Shown here: piece by piece, positions 61,413 through 64,000 of the stretch
How the letters are laid out: each line of letters begins with the position of its first letter
Numbering within the stretch: the first letter of the stretch is position 1
Assembly: GCA_964602845.1 (NCBI GenBank)
Contig: CAZRSW010000010.1
Span: 1,076 to 65,075, forward strand
Length of the DNA stretch: 64,000 nucleotides
Source: an uncultured Dehalococcoidia bacterium
GTDB taxonomy: Bacteria; Chloroflexota; Dehalococcoidia; Lucifugimonadales; UBA826
Direction: 5' to 3'
Notes under the pieces: generated by a model
Seen by the model: only the letters and a program-made list of their open reading frames with translations
Database searches by the model: none
Told to the model about the DNA's origin: nothing
Program-made: the position numbers and the translations under genes

Positions 61413-62243
61413 TTGAAAATGGTGAAGACTGTTTTTGATGAAGCGGGGGTAGATCTGTCTGTAATCGTTACTACTTACCCTGGGCACGCCAAGGAACTTG
61501 CCGCGCGATTGAAGTTTGATGGATATGATGGGTTCCTGATATTAGGTGGTGATGGAACTTTTCACGAGGTGGTTAATGGCATGTTTGAGCGGGGCGACAG
61601 TGCCACTTTACCTATTGGCCTGATTCCGGGTGGATCTGGCAATTCTCTGCTACATGATCTTGAACTTACAGATCCTATATCAGCTGCTGAGGCAATAGTT
61701 TCTCAAAACACTCGTTTTATAGATGTGGCACGGATCGAGATGAACCAGATGGTAATGTACTCGGTTAATCTTATAGGATGGGGACTTGTGACGGACGTTG
61801 GGAGACGAGCGGAAAGGCTTCGCTGGCTAGGTACTAGCCGTTACACGATTTCGAGTATTGTTGAAATACTTCTGAGAAAGACTCGAAGAGCTAGGTTAGT
61901 TATTGATGATACAACGTGCGTTAAAGATTTCACTTTTGCAGTGGCCTGTAATTCCATTCATGTAGGTAGGGGTATGAAAATGGCTCCTTATGCTGAGTTG
62001 GACGATGGCTTTATCGATCTTATTATTGTGGATGGCAATATAAGTCGGCGCAGGCTGTTTTTAGTTCTGCCAAAGCTCTTTGACGGTACACATATTAATG
62101 AGCCAGAAGTTTCTTATCATAGAACTTCCGGGTTTTCCTTATTACCTGAAGTAGACGATATTCTAAACATTGATGGGGAAATGGTTGGCATGACACCTAT
62201 TAGCGTGAAAATACTTGGGAAGGCAGTTGAGATATTTGCCTGA
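61413..62243 (+). CDS. diacylglycerol/lipid kinase family protein (YegS/BmrU-like)
   Basis: GGDGTFHEVVNG motif. The ORF-track start is a TTG. The conserved N-terminal RYVLVLNPHSGKK motif lies in frame upstream (61359-61397), so the true start is upstream and non-canonical. Confidence 0.8.
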   Translation: MKMVKTVFDEAGVDLSVIVTTYPGHAKELAARLKFDGYDGFLILGGDGTFHEVVNGMFERGDSATLPIGLIPGGSGNSLLHDLELTDPISAAEAIVSQNTRFIDVARIEMNQMVMYSVNLIGWGLVTDVGRRAERLRWLGTSRYTISSIVEILLRKTRRARLVIDDTTCVKDFTFAVACNSIHVGRGMKMAPYAELDDGFIDLIIVDGNISRRRLFLVLPKLFDGTHINEPEVSYHRTSGFSLLPEVDDILNIDGEMVGMTPISVKILGKAVEIFA

Positions 62244-62321
62244 AAATTAAGATGTATAACCTAAATCTTCGGATGCGATAAACGTTGATTGTAGCTATTT
62301 TGAGGGTGTAATGGGATCATG

Positions 62322-63539
62322 TTATCTGGTCCTCAATGCCTCCGTAGGGGACATGCTTGCAGCTCTCATAGCGGGATAAAATCCCGCCACCCCACCAATC
62401 AACACTGACGACAGTATTCCCCCAACAATAGCATAAACTGGAATCACAATAGTCCAGTCCCTGGATATTGCATAGATAGCGGTGACAAGTATTCCCACTA
62501 TTATGCCAGTAAGACCACCTATAATGGAAAGTAGTAATGACTCTGTTAAGAATTGACTTGCAATATGGAATTTAGTCGCTCCCAACGCTCTTCTCAATCC
62601 AATTTCATTGCGGCGCTCGATCACGGCTATTACCATCACGTTAGCAATCCCAATGGTACCCACTAACAATGCAACGGCACCCAATCCAACGAAGAGATTG
62701 AGAAAAGTATCGGAAGCGGCAATCTTGGCTTCTAATACGTCGGATGCACGCCCAACTTGTACCTCCTCAGGATTTTCTGGGTTGACTGTTGCGGGTATGA
62801 CTGATCGGACATCATGGATGTGTTCGGGATATGCTCGAACATAAATGACTTCCGGTGTCTCGTCGAACTTTAGGAATTTCTCTGCAGCATCATAGCCAAT
62901 GAGTGCAGATCTATCTAGGTCTGCTGCCAAGGGTAAAGGCTCCAGGATGCCAATTACTGTAAACCATTCTTTTTTCAGCCAAACTTTCTGTTTTTTCGTG
63001 GTGTCTCTGACACCTAGCCTCTCAGCAGCAATTGAACCTAGAACTACGAAAGGAAACTGCGATGTGATTGAATCAAGGAATTTGCCCGATTTCAGTTCTC
63101 CTCTCTGAGTTTGTAATAGGTTGAGATCTGCGGCCACTATCGTTATCCCTTTTGTTCGACCATCCTGAATAAGATCGTTTGAAAATACCCCCCCACTAAT
63201 TTTTGTAGTTGCGGACACCTCGTATACCGGAGTTATTCGTTTGATCATGCCAGCGGCATCCCAAGATAAACTTGCTTCTTCGGATCTAAAACCAGCCCCT
63301 GCTTGAATGGTGAGGAGGTTAGTACCTAATGCGTCGAGATTTTTTTGCAAATCCGCGCTTCCTGATTGTGACAGCCCTAGTATTCCTACTAGTGCTGCTA
63401 TACCTATAGTGATACCTATTACGGATAAGGCTGCTCTAACTCTTCGCGTTCTTAGCCCTGAACTCCCTACACGCAATGTGTCCCAGAGACTCATTTTGCT
63501 AGTGAAAAATAAGTCCTTGGCTTTATTTGTGTCATTCAT
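62322..63539 (-). CDS. ABC transporter permease (FtsX/MacB-like)
   Basis: 405-aa ORF with an N-terminal TM helix, a large periplasmic domain and a C-terminal FtsX 3-TM bundle ([13 protein letters not shown]). Confidence 0.85.
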   Translation of the reverse strand: MNDTNKAKDLFFTSKMSLWDTLRVGSSGLRTRRVRAALSVIGITIGIAALVGILGLSQSGSADLQKNLDALGTNLLTIQAGAGFRSEEASLSWDAAGMIKRITPVYEVSATTKISGGVFSNDLIQDGRTKGITIVAADLNLLQTQRGELKSGKFLDSITSQFPFVVLGSIAAERLGVRDTTKKQKVWLKKEWFTVIGILEPLPLAADLDRSALIGYDAAEKFLKFDETPEVIYVRAYPEHIHDVRSVIPATVNPENPEEVQVGRASDVLEAKIAASDTFLNLFVGLGAVALLVGTIGIANVMVIAVIERRNEIGLRRALGATKFHIASQFLTESLLLSIIGGLTGIIVGILVTAIYAISRDWTIVIPVYAIVGGILSSVLIGGVAGFYPAMRAASMSPTEALRTR

Positions 63540-63551
63540 AAATCTAAACGC

Positions 63552-64000
63552 TCACAAAATCGAATCATACTCTACTCGACCGTCTTTCAAAGTGATTCTT
63601 CTTGTTGCGGATGCCGCAACTTCAAGGTCATGCGTAATGAAAATCACCGTGGTGCCCTCTTCGTTTAAGGTGGTAAACAACTTCATCAAAGATTCGGTGT
63701 TTTCAGAATCTAGATTTCCCGTTGGTTCGTCCGCTAGGACAAAAGACGGATTGTGGACCAGGGCTCGTGCAATCGCCACACGCTGCTGTTCCCCTCCAGA
63801 TAGCTCATTGGGTAAATGATCACCTCTGTGAACCAGTCCAACTCTGCTGAGCATGGCCAGGGCCCTATCGCTTCGTTCCCCGGACGAAACTCCGGAGTAC
63901 AAGAGGCCATTTGCAACATTTTCCAAGGCTGTGAACCCCGGTAAGAGAAAAAATTCCTGAAATACGAAACCTATTTTTTGTGACCGAACTCCGGATAATT
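63552..64000 (-). CDS. ABC transporter ATP-binding protein (MacB/LolD-like), 5' end beyond window
   Basis: [15 protein letters not shown] signature, Walker [12 protein letters not shown] and Q-loop GFVFQEF. The frame remains open to the window edge. Confidence 0.85.
   Translation of the reverse strand, partial: LSGVRSQKIGFVFQEFFLLPGFTALENVANGLLYSGVSSGERSDRALAMLSRVGLVHRGDHLPNELSGGEQQRVAIARALVHNPSFVLADEPTGNLDSENTESLMKLFTTLNEEGTTVIFITHDLEVAASATRRITLKDGRVEYDSIL

Overview
This is a 64-kb chromosomal window with about 60 protein genes and two tRNAs: tRNA-Thr(CGU) and tRNA-Arg(CCU). I saw no rRNA, CRISPR array, transposase or integrase. Most of it is housekeeping. The main blocks are: an arginine operon (argJ-argB-[UPF0182]-argD-argG); acyl-CoA dehydrogenase/MaoC genes; pyrF; a complete F1Fo ATP synthase operon (atpZ-B-E-F-H-A-G-D-C); citrate synthase; an inositol-lipid cluster (ino1, PimA-like GT4, CDP-alcohol phosphatidyltransferase); hflKC; ybeY-dnaX-ybaB-recR-recO; apt plus a nucleosidase; metY-metA; sugar-acid-type enzymes (enolase superfamily, HpcH aldolase, TPP enzyme); and several MFS/DMT/ABC transporters. 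Gene content (many LLM oxidoreductases, UPF0182, DUF951, BFN nuclease, AtpZ) suggests a marine Chloroflexota (SAR202-like) or Actinomycetota genome. That taxonomic call is inference only. Four observations stand out. (1) An unannotated peroxiredoxin gene has an in-frame TGA exactly at the peroxidatic-Cys codon, followed by a SECIS-like hairpin, making it a candidate selenoprotein. (2) A low-GC mosaic islet lies downstream of tRNA-Arg. It contains a 45-nt copy of the tRNA 3' half fused to a duplicated 5' fragment of apt, a diverged ~270-bp duplication of the enolase-3'/apt-5' junction, and gene remnants. This looks like a site-specific or illegitimate recombination scar without a recombinase. 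(3) An orphan intrinsic terminator with a plausible antiterminator sits in the metY-metA leader, suggesting a riboswitch or attenuator of unassigned class. (4) Several housekeeping proteins have unusual architectures: a His-rich ~95-aa insertion in ATP synthase subunit a, an epsilon subunit lacking its C-terminal domain, and a C-terminally extended HflC. I did not find a clear multi-gene defence or mobile system.
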